Position numbers and translations under genes: made by a program. Below are positions 17,962 to 28,091 of a DNA stretch of 42,122 nt, piece by piece. Each line of letters opens with the position of its first letter. Position 1 is the stretch's first letter. This DNA is from an uncultured Blastocatellaceae bacterium (GTDB taxonomy: Bacteria > Acidobacteriota > Blastocatellia > Pyrinomonadales > Pyrinomonadaceae): positions 7,241-49,362 of the forward strand of contig CAZEZJ010000001.1 in the NCBI GenBank assembly GCA_964516695.1. Reading direction: 5' to 3'. The notes under the pieces were generated by a model, which was not told where the DNA came from, searched no databases, and was given only the letters and a program-made list of their open reading frames with translations.

Positions 17962-20664
17962 ATGACTAAAGAGCAAGAGAGGCTGCACGAAGGCTTTACA
18001 GTGGTGGATGCGCCGTGGAAAAAGCCGCTCGTGCCTTGGCGCAAGTGGGGGCCGTATGTGTCTGAGCGCGCGTGGGGAACGGTGCGCGAGGACTACAGCG
18101 CCGACGGAGCGGCGTGGGATTATTTCCCGCACGACTTGGCGCGCTCGAAGGCTTATCGTTGGGGCGAGGACGGGCTGGCGGCGATTTGCGACCGTTATCA
18201 AGTGCTCATTTTCGCGCTCGCTTTGTGGAACGGGCGCGATGCGATTTTGAAGGAGCGGCTCTACGGGCTGGTGCCGGGTGAAGCCAATCACGGCGAAGAC
18301 GTTAAGGAGTACTACTTTTATCTGGATTCGACGCCGACCCATTCCTACATGAAGTATCTGTATAAGTATCCGCAAAGTGAGTTTCCTTATGTGCAATTGA
18401 TTGAGGAGAACAAGCGGCGGCGCGGAGTCAAGGGCAGTTCCGAGTATGAATTGATGGACACGGGCATCTTCGATGAAGACCGCTACTTTGATGTGTTCGT
18501 GGAATATGCGAAGGCCAGCCCGGAAGATATAGTGATTCGCATCGAGGCGTTTAATCGCGGGCCTGAGGAAGCCTTGCTCGACATCCTGCCGCAACTCTGG
18601 TTTCGCAATACCTGGGCTTGGGGAACAAAACCCCTGCCCGAGCCGCACATCAGCGTTGGTCCAACGGGCGCTGGCTTCAAATCGCTCGCAGCTTCCGACG
18701 CCACCTCCGACAAACTTTCAACCCTGCCGTTTGCATACGAACTGGGCCAACGCTTTCTCTACGGCGATGCTGACTGTCGCTTACTGCTTACAAACAACGA
18801 GACGAACGCGCCGCGCGTTTGGGGCGAGGGCGCACAGAGCCGTACAGCTTATGTGAAGGATGCCTTTCATCGTCACATCATCAATGGCGAGCCATGCGTT
18901 AATCCGCAAGCGGTGGGCACGAAAGCTTGCTTCCACTACGCGGGCCGCGTTGTTCCGGCGGGCGGCTCGACAATTGTTCGGCTGCGTTTGACGGATACGA
19001 TGTTGGCCCAGCCGCTCGCTGAAGTTGACGAAATCATAGAGACGCGTAGGCGCGAGGCCGACGAGTTTTACGATTCCATTCATCCGCCGCAGGCCACCGC
19101 GGACGAGCGGCTGATTCAAAGGCAGGCGCTCGCGGGGATGCTGTGGAGCAAGCAGATTTATCTTTACGATGTGCAGGTCTGGCTCGACGGCGACAATCCG
19201 CAGTGGCCGCCGCCAGCCAAGCGCCGCGCGGGGCGCAACGTGCGCTGGCAACATTTAAACTCGATGCGTGTCATCTCGATGCCGGACAAGTGGGAGTACC
19301 CTTGGTTTGCGGCGTGGGATTTGGCTTTCCATTGTGTGCCGCTGGCGCTCGTCGATGCAGAGTTTGCGAAGCATCAATTGTGGCTGCTGCTCTTCGAGCA
19401 GTTTCAGCATCCGAACGGGCAGATACCCGCTTACGAGTGGGAGTTTTCAGACCTCAATCCGCCCGTTCACGCGTGGGCCGTCTGGCGCGTCTATAACATG
19501 GACCGCATCCGCTCTGGGCGCGCCGACCGCGCCTTCCTCGAACAATGCTTTCACAAGCTGCTGCTTAATTTCACGTGGTGGGTCAACAAGGTGGACCACG
19601 AAGGCAACAACGTTTTTGAGGGCGGCTTTCTCGGCCTCGACAACATCACGGTGCTCGACCGCAGCCACGCGCTACCGAGCGGCGCGCAACTAGAACAATC
19701 GGACGCGACCGGCTGGATGGGCATGTTCTGTCTGAACCTGATGCGCATCGCGCTCGAACTGGCGAAAGAGAACAAAGCATACGAAGCGCTCGCCACGAAG
19801 TTTTTTCAGCACTACATCTACGTCGGCGCGGCGATGAAGCACATGGGCATCATCGACCATCAGCTCTATGATGAGAGCGACCAATTCTTTTATGACGTGC
19901 TTCGTCAGCCCGACGGCTCTATTCACAAGTTTCGCGTTCGCTCGCTCGTCGGGTTGATTCCGCTCTATGCCGTCGAGCGTTTGGAAGAAGATTGGATTGA
20001 GCCGTTCCCGGAGTTTCGTTCTAATCTCCATTGGTTTCTCAAGAACCGCCGCAGCCTGGTGGAAGAATGTGTGACTACCATCGAGCGTGAAGACGGCAAG
20101 AAGGTGCATGTTCTGTCAATCGTCAATCCAGAGCAGATGCGACACCTTTTGGAACGCACTTGGGACCCGGAGGAATTTCGCTCGCCCTATGGGCTGCGGA
20201 GCCTCTCGAAATATCACGAGCATCATCCGTTCGTCTTCGGCGGCAGCTCCGTGGCCTATGAGCCGGCGGAAAGCATCGAAATGCTCAAAGGCGGAAACTC
20301 AAACTGGCGTGGGCCAATCTGGTTTCCGACCACTTTTATGATGATTGAGGCGCTTCGCAAGCTCGGCACGGCCTACGGCCCGCTGTTCACCGTTGAAAGT
20401 CCCGTCGCGGGCGAAGGCAGCGTGACGCTCAAAGAGATGGCCGCGGGCTTTGCCAGCCGTTTGCTCTCCATCTTCGAGCGCAACGCGGCGGGCCAGCGTG
20501 CGGTCTATCACGGCATCCGAAAATTTCAGGACGACCCACACTGGCGCGACCTCCTACTCTTTTATGAGTACTTCCACGGCGACACGGGCCGCGGCCTCGG
20601 AGCCTCGCATCAAACCGGATGGACGGGCCTCATCGCTTCGCTGATTGATGAATGGCGACGATAA
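17962..20664 (+). CDS. Large (alpha/alpha)6-type glycoside hydrolase, GH63/MGH1-like (putative glucosidase)
   Basis: 900 aa with no signal peptide. The C-terminal ...[23 protein letters not shown]... motif and overall size match my recollection of GH63-like 'glucosidase' proteins. The family call has not been verified by a search. Confidence 0.55.
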   Translation: MTKEQERLHEGFTVVDAPWKKPLVPWRKWGPYVSERAWGTVREDYSADGAAWDYFPHDLARSKAYRWGEDGLAAICDRYQVLIFALALWNGRDAILKERLYGLVPGEANHGEDVKEYYFYLDSTPTHSYMKYLYKYPQSEFPYVQLIEENKRRRGVKGSSEYELMDTGIFDEDRYFDVFVEYAKASPEDIVIRIEAFNRGPEEALLDILPQLWFRNTWAWGTKPLPEPHISVGPTGAGFKSLAASDATSDKLSTLPFAYELGQRFLYGDADCRLLLTNNETNAPRVWGEGAQSRTAYVKDAFHRHIINGEPCVNPQAVGTKACFHYAGRVVPAGGSTIVRLRLTDTMLAQPLAEVDEIIETRRREADEFYDSIHPPQATADERLIQRQALAGMLWSKQIYLYDVQVWLDGDNPQWPPPAKRRAGRNVRWQHLNSMRVISMPDKWEYPWFAAWDLAFHCVPLALVDAEFAKHQLWLLLFEQFQHPNGQIPAYEWEFSDLNPPVHAWAVWRVYNMDRIRSGRADRAFLEQCFHKLLLNFTWWVNKVDHEGNNVFEGGFLGLDNITVLDRSHALPSGAQLEQSDATGWMGMFCLNLMRIALELAKENKAYEALATKFFQHYIYVGAAMKHMGIIDHQLYDESDQFFYDVLRQPDGSIHKFRVRSLVGLIPLYAVERLEEDWIEPFPEFRSNLHWFLKNRRSLVEECVTTIEREDGKKVHVLSIVNPEQMRHLLERTWDPEEFRSPYGLRSLSKYHEHHPFVFGGSSVAYEPAESIEMLKGGNSNWRGPIWFPTTFMMIEALRKLGTAYGPLFTVESPVAGEGSVTLKEMAAGFASRLLSIFERNAAGQRAVYHGIRKFQDDPHWRDLLLFYEYFHGDTGRGLGASHQTGWTGLIASLIDEWRR

Positions 20665-20688
20665 ATGTAATGATGCAGCAAGAATAAT

Positions 20689-20760
20689 GAATGATGAGAG
20701 CGCGGCTGTTCAGCTTTTGACACGCACGCTTTCGTCATTCTTACTTTATATTATTTTTAA
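20689..20760 (+). terminator. Hairpin plus T-rich tail after the glycosidase gene
   Basis: GAATGATGAGAGCG (20689-20702) pairs 12/14 with CGCTTTCGTCATTC (20727-20740), then TTACTTTATATTATTTTT. Confidence 0.45.
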
Positions 20761-20775
20761 CCTAGGGAGAGCTTA

Positions 20776-21408
20776 ATGAAGTCAAGAGCATTGATTCGTT
20801 TGAGTAAATTCGGCCAGAGCGGGTTGGCGTTAGTGCTGGCGTCAGTCTTGCTGCTGTGGCCTGTGTCGGTGTCTGCCTGTGCGTGCTGCTCGGAGGAAGG
20901 CACTTGGGCCGAGTGGACTGAGCGTTTCGACGCATCGGAGTTGGAGGAACTCAGCCGTATCAGATTCGACGCGGTCGCTAACCTCTATGCGAACAACGAA
21001 GAAGAAGCGGGCGGCGGGACTATCGGCAATCTTTACGGCGAACTCGCGCTCTCGTTCTCGAAGCGTGGCCGCCAGTGGGACTTGAGACTCAAAGACCAAC
21101 AGGGGCACAGCGGCACACTGACGCTGACCGTTCCCAACACCCTCACCGAATTTCAAGTGGACATGCAAGACGGGCAGAAAAGCGCGGGCGGCGGGCCGCT
21201 GCTCTACAAGGAATGGCGCTTGACGGGCGCGATTACCGGCGGCGGAGTCTTCAAGCGCCTGAACTCGCGGCAACTGAAATACCGCCTCGTTCTTCAGGGT
21301 CGCGGCAATGCCTGCACGAGCGCCGAAATGTTTGATAGCTGGACGCTCCAAATCTTCGGCCCGCGCGTCTCCTACTCTTTCTACGGCAAATTCAAAAAAC
21401 TCGCTTAA
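20776..21408 (+). CDS. Hypothetical lipoprotein with an N-terminal Cys-Ala-Cys-Cys motif
   Basis: GGGAGAG RBS. The signal peptide ends in the lipobox-like VSAC, followed by ACCSEEG. No recognisable domain. Confidence 0.6.
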   Translation: MKSRALIRLSKFGQSGLALVLASVLLLWPVSVSACACCSEEGTWAEWTERFDASELEELSRIRFDAVANLYANNEEEAGGGTIGNLYGELALSFSKRGRQWDLRLKDQQGHSGTLTLTVPNTLTEFQVDMQDGQKSAGGGPLLYKEWRLTGAITGGGVFKRLNSRQLKYRLVLQGRGNACTSAEMFDSWTLQIFGPRVSYSFYGKFKKLA

Positions 21409-21454
21409 CGAATCACTGCCTTCCAGCGTGGCCGATGTGATACGCTTGGGTGCG

Positions 21455-23137
21455 ATGTCGGAGACGATGCAGAAGGTGGGGCGGCATGGCGCGCGCGGGC
21501 AAAAGCTGTGGTGGCTGATTACCGGACGACTCGCCATCGCCGTCGTGCTCGTGCTGCTGGCGGGCGCGCAGTGGTCGCGCGAGCAGTTGGGCAGCGCTGG
21601 GCGCGGCGCGCTGACGATTTTCGTCGTCGTCGTGTTTCTCTCGCTGGCTTACAGTGTGGCGCTGCGTTTCTTCGGACAACTGAGGGTCCAGGCGGGCGGG
21701 CAGTTGTTGATAGACGTGCTGCTGGTCACCTGGCTTGTCTGGGTGACGGGCGATATACACTCGCCCTACGCCGCCCTCTACATCATCATCATCTCTATCG
21801 CCAGCATTTTCTTAGGCCCGCGCGGCGCGCTCATCTCAGCGGTCGGCTGCGCGCTGGCCTTCACGCTGATTACCATCGCCATCACGGTCGGCGCAGTCGC
21901 GCCCTACACTGGCAATCTGGCCGAGGCCAGCACGATTGATGCGGTCCAGGCCATCGGTCTGAACGACATCGCGTTTCTCGTCGTCGGGCTGCTGTCGGCG
22001 CGTCTCGCTGAACGACAGTCGCGCTCCGATGTCGAGTTGATTGCGACCACGCAGACCTTGGCTAATCTGCGTGCGCTGCATGAGCGCATCGTCGAGTCAA
22101 TCCGCTCCGGCGTCGTCACGACAGACCTACGCGGCCGCATCTACACCTTCAACGCCGCGGCTGAGGAAATCACAGGCTACGAGGCCGAAGACATCCGTGG
22201 GCAGGAGGCTTCGATTCTCTTCGGAGAGCTTTCCCGGCGCATTGAGGATTCCATGCGCGCGGCGGAAGCGGGCGACACCAGCCCCCGCTTTGAATCCGAT
22301 TGCCTGACGCCCGAAGGACACATCCGCCGCCTCGGCTTCAGCATCTTTCCGCTCTCCACCGAATCCGGCGAACACACCGGGCTAGTTATCACTTTTCAGG
22401 ATTTAACGGAAGTGCGCGCTTTGGAAGAGACTTCGCGGCGGCAAGACCGTCTCGCGGCGGTCGGGCGCGTGGCGGCCTCCATCGCACACGAGATTAGAAA
22501 TCCGCTCGCGGCGATGCGCGGCTCGATTCAAGTCTTGCGCTCTGAGACGGCGAATGATTCTTCGCAAGCCGAGTTGATGGAGATTATCCTGCGCGAGTCT
22601 GACCGCCTCAACCGCATCATCACAGACTATCTGACTTATGCGCGCCAGCGTTCCAATACGCTCATGAGCGTTGACATCCGCGACCTCTTGCACGAGACCT
22701 TCACGCTCTTGCGCCATAGTCCTGAGATACGCGCGGACCACGTCCTCGAAGAGGATTTACCGGAAGAGCCAGCGTTGGCCCAGGCCGATGCGGCGCAACT
22801 GCGGCAAGTCTTCTGGAATCTGGCGCGCAATGCCTTGCAGGCGATGGACGGCGGCGGGACCTTGCGCGCCGAGTTGCGCCGCGCCAGCGCCGGACGCTTG
22901 CGCATCACCTTCAACGATACGGGACGCGGCATGACGCCCGAACAAGTCGAACGCCTCTTTGAGCCTTTCTCCTCGACCACGGGCGGCACGGGCCTCGGCC
23001 TCTCTATTGTTTATCAAATCATCCGCGACCACGGTGGTACAATCAACGTCCGCAGCCGCGAAGGACAGGGGACGACCATCGCCATCGAGCTACCGTCAGA
23101 AAGCAGGAGCCAGGTGTCGGAAGTCAAGAACCAGTAG
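21455..23137 (+). CDS. PilS-like sensor histidine kinase (6 TM + PAS + HisKA + HATPase_c)
   Basis: Six N-terminal hydrophobic helices. PAS-like segment (ITGYEAEDIRG). H-box SIAHEIRNPL. N/G boxes (NLARNALQA, DTGRGM, GTGLGLSIV). The start is 21455, or the GTG at 21428; the 21308 extension overlaps the upstream gene. Confidence 0.85.
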   Translation: MSETMQKVGRHGARGQKLWWLITGRLAIAVVLVLLAGAQWSREQLGSAGRGALTIFVVVVFLSLAYSVALRFFGQLRVQAGGQLLIDVLLVTWLVWVTGDIHSPYAALYIIIISIASIFLGPRGALISAVGCALAFTLITIAITVGAVAPYTGNLAEASTIDAVQAIGLNDIAFLVVGLLSARLAERQSRSDVELIATTQTLANLRALHERIVESIRSGVVTTDLRGRIYTFNAAAEEITGYEAEDIRGQEASILFGELSRRIEDSMRAAEAGDTSPRFESDCLTPEGHIRRLGFSIFPLSTESGEHTGLVITFQDLTEVRALEETSRRQDRLAAVGRVAASIAHEIRNPLAAMRGSIQVLRSETANDSSQAELMEIILRESDRLNRIITDYLTYARQRSNTLMSVDIRDLLHETFTLLRHSPEIRADHVLEEDLPEEPALAQADAAQLRQVFWNLARNALQAMDGGGTLRAELRRASAGRLRITFNDTGRGMTPEQVERLFEPFSSTTGGTGLGLSIVYQIIRDHGGTINVRSREGQGTTIAIELPSESRSQVSEVKNQ

Positions 23138-23203
23138 GGAGAGGCGAACGCCTGTTTGGCTAGCGCGTTTATTTCACGCAACTGTGGATGCATATAATTG
23201 AAG

Positions 23204-23578
23204 ATGGAAAGAGCGGCGGCGAAAACTTTTCAGGATTTGATTGTTTGGCAGAAGGCGCACCAGTTTGCGCTGGCGGTTTATCACTATAGTGATTATTTTC
23301 CACAAAAAGAGGTTTATAGCTTAACATCTCAACTCAGACGAGCAGCCGTTTCGATTCCGGCAAATATCGCGGAAGGCTTCAAGAACGAAACCAAGAGTGC
23401 TAAAGCTCGTTTGATAAGCACCGCGCAAGGCTCTCTCGCACAGTGTCGCTACTACTTGATACTGGCGAAAGACCTCGGTTATGGTGACAACCAACAACTG
23501 ATGCCGCAGCTTGAAGAAGTCAGCAAGCTGCTGGAAAAATACAGCGGGGCCATTCTGGCCGGCGCTCCCGACTCCTAA
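23204..23578 (+). CDS. Four-helix-bundle protein (23S rRNA intervening-sequence protein / Avd-like family)
   Basis: Characteristic FQDLIVWQKAHQFALAVY...LTSQLRRAAVSIPANIAEG...AQGSLAQCRYYL. Codon usage is visibly more A/T-rich than in either flanking gene. Confidence 0.8.
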   Translation: MERAAAKTFQDLIVWQKAHQFALAVYHYSDYFPQKEVYSLTSQLRRAAVSIPANIAEGFKNETKSAKARLISTAQGSLAQCRYYLILAKDLGYGDNQQLMPQLEEVSKLLEKYSGAILAGAPDS

Positions 23579-23610
23579 CTCTACTGGCTCCTGACTTTCG
23601 GCATTGAGGT

Positions 23611-25044
23611 ATGTCTAATCTACTGATTGTTGATGATGAGCAGGGAATGCGGCAGCTCTTGACGATTGTCTTTGAGCGCGCGGGCCACACTGTGCGCGCC
23701 GCCGAGAATGGACGCCGCGCGCTGGAATTGCTACGCGCGGAACCTGCCGAGTTGATTATCTCCGACGTGAAGATGCCGGACATGGGCGGCATCGAATTGT
23801 TGCGCGCGGCCCGGGAGTTGTTGCCGGAAGTAGCCGTCGTGATGATGACGGCGTTCGCAACTGTGGAGACCGCGCGCGAGGCTTTCAAGCTCGGCGCTGA
23901 TGATTTCATCCAGAAGCCATTTGACATTGAAGAGATGAAGATTCTCGTCTCCAAGATTCTCGAAAAGCTGGCTCTGAGGCAGGAAAACGAGCAACTTAAA
24001 ACGGAAGTCGAACTGCTCATCAAAGAGCAGCGCGAGCGCGGCAATCTGGGCAACATCATCGGGCGCTCCGAGAAGATGCAAGCTGTCTACCAGATGATTG
24101 AGACGGTCGCGGGAGTGCAGTCAACCATCCTCATCACGGGCGAATCCGGCACGGGCAAAGAGTTGGTCGCCCGCGCCATTCACGACCTCAGCCCGCGCGC
24201 CGAAAAGCCTTTCGTCTCGATTAACTGCGGCGCGTTCACTGAAACGCTGCTCGAAAGCGAACTCTTCGGCTATGTCAAAGGAGCCTTCACAGGCGCAAAC
24301 ACCAATCGCAAGGGACTCTTTGAAGCCGCGCACAGGGGCACTATCTTTCTAGACGAAATAGGCGAGATGTCTTCAGCGATGCAGGTGAAGCTCTTGCGCG
24401 TGCTGCAAGAGCGAAAGGTGCGTCCCGTCGGCGCGCATCAGGAGATAGAGATAGACACGCGCGTCATCGCCGCCACCAATCGCGATTTGGCCGCGATGGT
24501 CAAAGACAGTACTTTCCGCGAAGACCTCTTTTATCGCATCTCCGTCATCCCTATCGAACTGCCGCCCTTGCGCGAGAGAAGCGAGGATGTAAAGCAATTG
24601 ACGGAACACTTCGTCAATAAATTCTGCGCGCAGGCCGGGCGGGCGCTGAGCGTCGCGCCCAAAGCTTTGAATCTCTTGGAAGCTTATTCATGGCCGGGCA
24701 ACGTGCGCGAGCTTGAGCACACAATTGAGCGCGCCGTCGCGCTCGAACGCACAGACTCCATTCAGCCCGAACGCTTGCCCGAACAAATCACCAACTACAA
24801 TCCGGCGCGCGTCGCCTCCGTCTTCGACTTACCCGAAGCGGGACTCAACATCGCCGCGCACCTCGAACATCTTGAAAAGACGTACGTGCTGGAAGCGCTG
24901 CGCCGCACGGGCGGCAATCAAACGCGCGCCGCAGAACTTCTACATCTCTCCGTCCGCTCCTTGCGCCACCTGCTTGACAAGCACGGCATTCGCAACCTGA
25001 CCGCACAGCTACGCGACTCGGCAGCACGCGGCGCAGCCGAATAA
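23611..25044 (+). CDS. PilR-like sigma54-dependent response regulator (REC + AAA+ + Fis-type HTH)
   Basis: REC domain (IISDVKMPDMGG). Walker A GESGTGKE. GAFTGA motif. C-terminal HTH (GGNQTRAAELLHLSVRSLRHLL). Confidence 0.9.
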   Translation: MSNLLIVDDEQGMRQLLTIVFERAGHTVRAAENGRRALELLRAEPAELIISDVKMPDMGGIELLRAARELLPEVAVVMMTAFATVETAREAFKLGADDFIQKPFDIEEMKILVSKILEKLALRQENEQLKTEVELLIKEQRERGNLGNIIGRSEKMQAVYQMIETVAGVQSTILITGESGTGKELVARAIHDLSPRAEKPFVSINCGAFTETLLESELFGYVKGAFTGANTNRKGLFEAAHRGTIFLDEIGEMSSAMQVKLLRVLQERKVRPVGAHQEIEIDTRVIAATNRDLAAMVKDSTFREDLFYRISVIPIELPPLRERSEDVKQLTEHFVNKFCAQAGRALSVAPKALNLLEAYSWPGNVRELEHTIERAVALERTDSIQPERLPEQITNYNPARVASVFDLPEAGLNIAAHLEHLEKTYVLEALRRTGGNQTRAAELLHLSVRSLRHLLDKHGIRNLTAQLRDSAARGAAE

Positions 25045-25102
25045 GAACCCCAGTAGAAACGATGAGCGCCGAATAAAGCTCACGTCAGACATGAGAAGAG
25101 AA

Positions 25103-25149
25103 GAGGCCGGATGTCAGAGGCTCTTGATGAGCCTCTCACATCCGGCCTC
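25103..25149. terminator. 21-bp stem hairpin between convergent genes
   Basis: GAGGCCGGATGTCAGAGGCTC / GAGCCTCTCACATCCGGCCTC with one mismatch and a 5-nt loop. It lies between the stops at 25044 (+) and 25197 (-). Confidence 0.55.
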
Positions 25150-25196
25150 CCCTCGTTCGCGTTCATCGTTTGCTATTTAACGCCGCTCGTCGCTTC

Positions 25197-27506
25197 TCAG
25201 TTTGGCAGATAAGCAAACGGAACGGGCACGTCATTGCTGAGGCCGAGGCTTCGTAAACTTCCCAGCCCGGTGCTGCTCAAGATGATGTACCAGTTGCCAT
25301 CCGAAGGACGCCAAACGGCGATGTCCGTCCGCCCGTCGCCATCATAGTCTGCGGGAACGGTTCTATCGGTAGAGTCTCCCCAACCTTGAACTCTCGAAGA
25401 ATTATCGGAGCTATTGCGGATATACCAATTGCCTTCCGCCGGACGAAACACCGCAACGTCGTCTCGCCCGTCGCCGTCATAATCGCCTGCGACGGGTCTA
25501 TCTCCATTAGCGCCCCAGCCGCGAATGCTGGTCAGGTTGTTGGAGCTATAGCGTATGTACCAATTGCCTTCCGAGGGACGAAAGACGGCGACATCCGATT
25601 TTCCGTCGCCGTCATAATCGGCGGGCACGGGCTTATCGAGGCTTGCTCCCCACCCTTGCGCCGTATTGCCGCCGCCGCTTTTCAAGATGTACCAGTTGCC
25701 TTCCGACGGGCGATAGACGGCGAAGTCTGTCTTTCTGTCGCCATCGTAGTCTGCCGGAACGGGCTTATCCCCGCTGCCGCCCCATCCTTGAATCTGCACC
25801 GTATTGTCCGAGCTGCGGATGATGTACCAGTTGCCTTCGCTTGCGCGCCAGACCGCCGTATCCGTTTTGTTGTCGCCGTCGTAATCACCCGGCACGGCAA
25901 CGTCTCCCGCGGATTCCTGTCCCCAGTTGGGCACAACTCTGGAAGAATTGTCGGAGCTGTTGGTAATCTCCCAGTTGCCGTTGCTGGGTCGCCAGACGGC
26001 AACGTCCGCTCGGCTGTCTCCGTCAAAATCGGAAGGCTTGTTGACGACCGTGATGAAGTTTGCGCTCCTAAAGCCCATCAGATTCGTGTAGGTTCTGCTC
26101 GAAGGCTTGAAGGTGCGATTGGCTAGGACGGGCGTGACCGTGTAGCTACTGCCTAAGGTCAGATTACTAAACGTGTAATAGCCGCCGAGGTCTGTGGTCG
26201 TAGTTGCCGATTGCGCGCCGCTCAAGTTAACCGTTACGCCCGTCAACACCTGCCCGCTGGCATCGCGCAAGCGCCCGCTGATGGACAACGCGCCGTAGGT
26301 GTTACGCAGCACCACAGCTTTCTGTCCCGCCGGATTTGTCGTCACGATGTCCGGCATGTTGTCAAGATTAAAGTCGCCCACGGCTATTCCCTGCGGGCCG
26401 ACCGGATTAGCGTTTTCTTTAACGCTAAAATTAACTGTGTGGCAGAAGAGATAAAAGTCGCCCGCCCCACCGAGCAGCACCGAGACGTTATCCGAGACTT
26501 CGTTGGCAACGGCCACGTCGTCGCGGCCATCGCCGTTAAAATCGGCAACGGCAACAGAGTTCGGGGTGTTGTCAGCGCCGTAGTTGGTGTTATAGCTGAA
26601 ATATGAGCCTAACTCTCCAATCAAAACTCTGACATCGCCGGTTCCCGCGGCGGACGTGCGGCTGGCAACAACCAGGTCAATCTCCGTATCGTTATTCAAA
26701 TAGCCCGTGGTAATCGAGACGACACTGCCTCCGACATCATAAGGCGCGTCAATGAAAGTACCGAACCCGTTCGGACGTAGTGCTCTGGTAAAATGCCCGT
26801 TTCCGTTTCCGATGAAGATTGTAACGTAAGAGCCGCCGCCGACAGCCAAATCAGGAATGCCGTCAGCATTAAACTCGCTGACGACAATCGCCTCAATTCC
26901 TCCACCCAGAAGAAATGAGGTTATGGGAGCAGCGAAGCCGCCTTGCCCGTCGCCCAACAGCGCGGCGACGCCATCCGGGAACTGCGTTATCACCAAGTCT
27001 GCGTTGCCGTCACTATTAAGGTCACCGGCGGCGATGGTAGAAGCCCCGGGGAGCGAGGTAGGTTGCGGCGCGCCAAAGCCGCCCGCTTGGTCGGAGAGCA
27101 GAATGGAGAAGCCTGTGCTGGGGTTGACTGTCTTCGTGACAGCTATATCAACCCAGCCGTCATTGTTGAAATCCGCGACGGCAATAAAGTAGGGCAGGTG
27201 GCCCACAAAATGGTGTGTGGGCGCTCCCAGTCCGCCGTTGCCGTCACCTAATAAGACTGCAACAGTAGAGGCATCCGAATCACCCACGACGACATCGGGT
27301 TTTCCGTCGCGATTGATGTCGCTGACGACGACGCCGTAAGGGCGTGTTTGAAGAACACTGTAGTGCTGCGCGGTGGCAAAGCTCGGTATGTCGCACGTGT
27401 TAGGCGCTGATTGGCTCGCGCCGCCGGGCCAAGCGCTCAAGGCCAGCAAGCTGATTATCGTTAAGAGGGAAAGGCGCAATAGTAGTGAGCGTGGATTTTC
27501 TTTCAT
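25197..27506 (-). CDS. Secreted FG-GAP/VCBS repeat protein with a carboxypeptidase-regulatory-like middle domain and a six-repeat C-terminal module
   Basis: A GGAG RBS precedes the ATG at 27506. Signal peptide: MKENPRSLLLRLSLLTIISLLALSA. Multiple D.N.DG..D FG-GAP blades. The GRLRDASGQVLTGVTVNLSG segment is CarboxypepD_reg-like. Six DYDGDGxxDxAVWRPSEGNWYI repeats (nt 25200-26030) end in ...PFAYLPN. Confidence 0.85.
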   Translation of the reverse strand: MKENPRSLLLRLSLLTIISLLALSAWPGGASQSAPNTCDIPSFATAQHYSVLQTRPYGVVVSDINRDGKPDVVVGDSDASTVAVLLGDGNGGLGAPTHHFVGHLPYFIAVADFNNDGWVDIAVTKTVNPSTGFSILLSDQAGGFGAPQPTSLPGASTIAAGDLNSDGNADLVITQFPDGVAALLGDGQGGFAAPITSFLLGGGIEAIVVSEFNADGIPDLAVGGGSYVTIFIGNGNGHFTRALRPNGFGTFIDAPYDVGGSVVSITTGYLNNDTEIDLVVASRTSAAGTGDVRVLIGELGSYFSYNTNYGADNTPNSVAVADFNGDGRDDVAVANEVSDNVSVLLGGAGDFYLFCHTVNFSVKENANPVGPQGIAVGDFNLDNMPDIVTTNPAGQKAVVLRNTYGALSISGRLRDASGQVLTGVTVNLSGAQSATTTTDLGGYYTFSNLTLGSSYTVTPVLANRTFKPSSRTYTNLMGFRSANFITVVNKPSDFDGDSRADVAVWRPSNGNWEITNSSDNSSRVVPNWGQESAGDVAVPGDYDGDNKTDTAVWRASEGNWYIIRSSDNTVQIQGWGGSGDKPVPADYDGDRKTDFAVYRPSEGNWYILKSGGGNTAQGWGASLDKPVPADYDGDGKSDVAVFRPSEGNWYIRYSSNNLTSIRGWGANGDRPVAGDYDGDGRDDVAVFRPAEGNWYIRNSSDNSSRVQGWGDSTDRTVPADYDGDGRTDIAVWRPSDGNWYIILSSTGLGSLRSLGLSNDVPVPFAYLPN

Positions 27507-28075
27507 AGCAGGGTACTCCATCAGATTAAAGGGATGTGGGTGCGTGCGGCCCGCGCTCTGCATAGATAGTCGCTTGCTCGGGAGAAGCGATTCGCGAGGG
27601 CGGCGCACGCTTAGCGTGGACATACGGCTTTAGCGGCGCGTAAAGGGATGCTCCTTTTAGCCCTTGCAGGCTGGCAGGCGTATGTCCGTGAATTGCCGCT
27701 CGGATGACGCGCGGCTCTGCGGCCATTTCAAACTGAGATGAACGTCAAGGGATGCGAAGGGGAGAAAGATGAAAAGCTCTTGCTTGCTAAAGAGCGTGCC
27801 CCGGCATCATGGAGATATGCCGTCTCTTGTAACAACAGCAAAACGTAACAGCCTTTTTTGCGGGCATTAACGCTTCCGTATTACGGCGCGCCATTTTAGA
27901 CCTACTCGTTAACGTGTGACAAGGTTTTCCGGGCCGGTTAACTTCAAAGAGGCGACGAGCTTGAAAGCGGCTCTTCGTTTAGCGTTCGCGCCCGTTCGGA
28001 ACAAGGCCGGAGGGTGCTCGCCGCTCAGAAGTAAGCCAACGTGCGAAGGCCACAGGTCAGGCTGACCGTTCATCT

Positions 28076-28091
28076 TGGCATAATCATTGCA
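28076..28091 (+). promoter_or_regulatory. Sigma54 (-24/-12) promoter upstream of the first pilin gene
   Basis: TGGCATAATCATTGCA against the consensus TGGCAC-N5-TTGCW. The GG-N10-GC spacing is exact. It lies ~70 nt upstream of the ATG at 28161, and a PilR-like activator is encoded nearby. Confidence 0.7.

Noticed and set aside
21308-21454. Upstream start extensions offered by the ORF track: 21308 for the kinase, 11173 for zwf, 29511 for the Wzy_C gene, 31594 for the permease, 27623 for the FG-GAP gene and 35944 for the hypothetical gene.
   Set aside because: The extensions overlap upstream genes or run through hairpins or terminators. Internal ATG or GTG codons with an RBS, or with a proper signal peptide or N-terminus, fit better.
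23204-23578. The four-helix-bundle (Avd-family) gene considered as part of a diversity-generating retroelement.
   Set aside because: No reverse transcriptase gene and no template/variable repeat pair is visible anywhere in the window.
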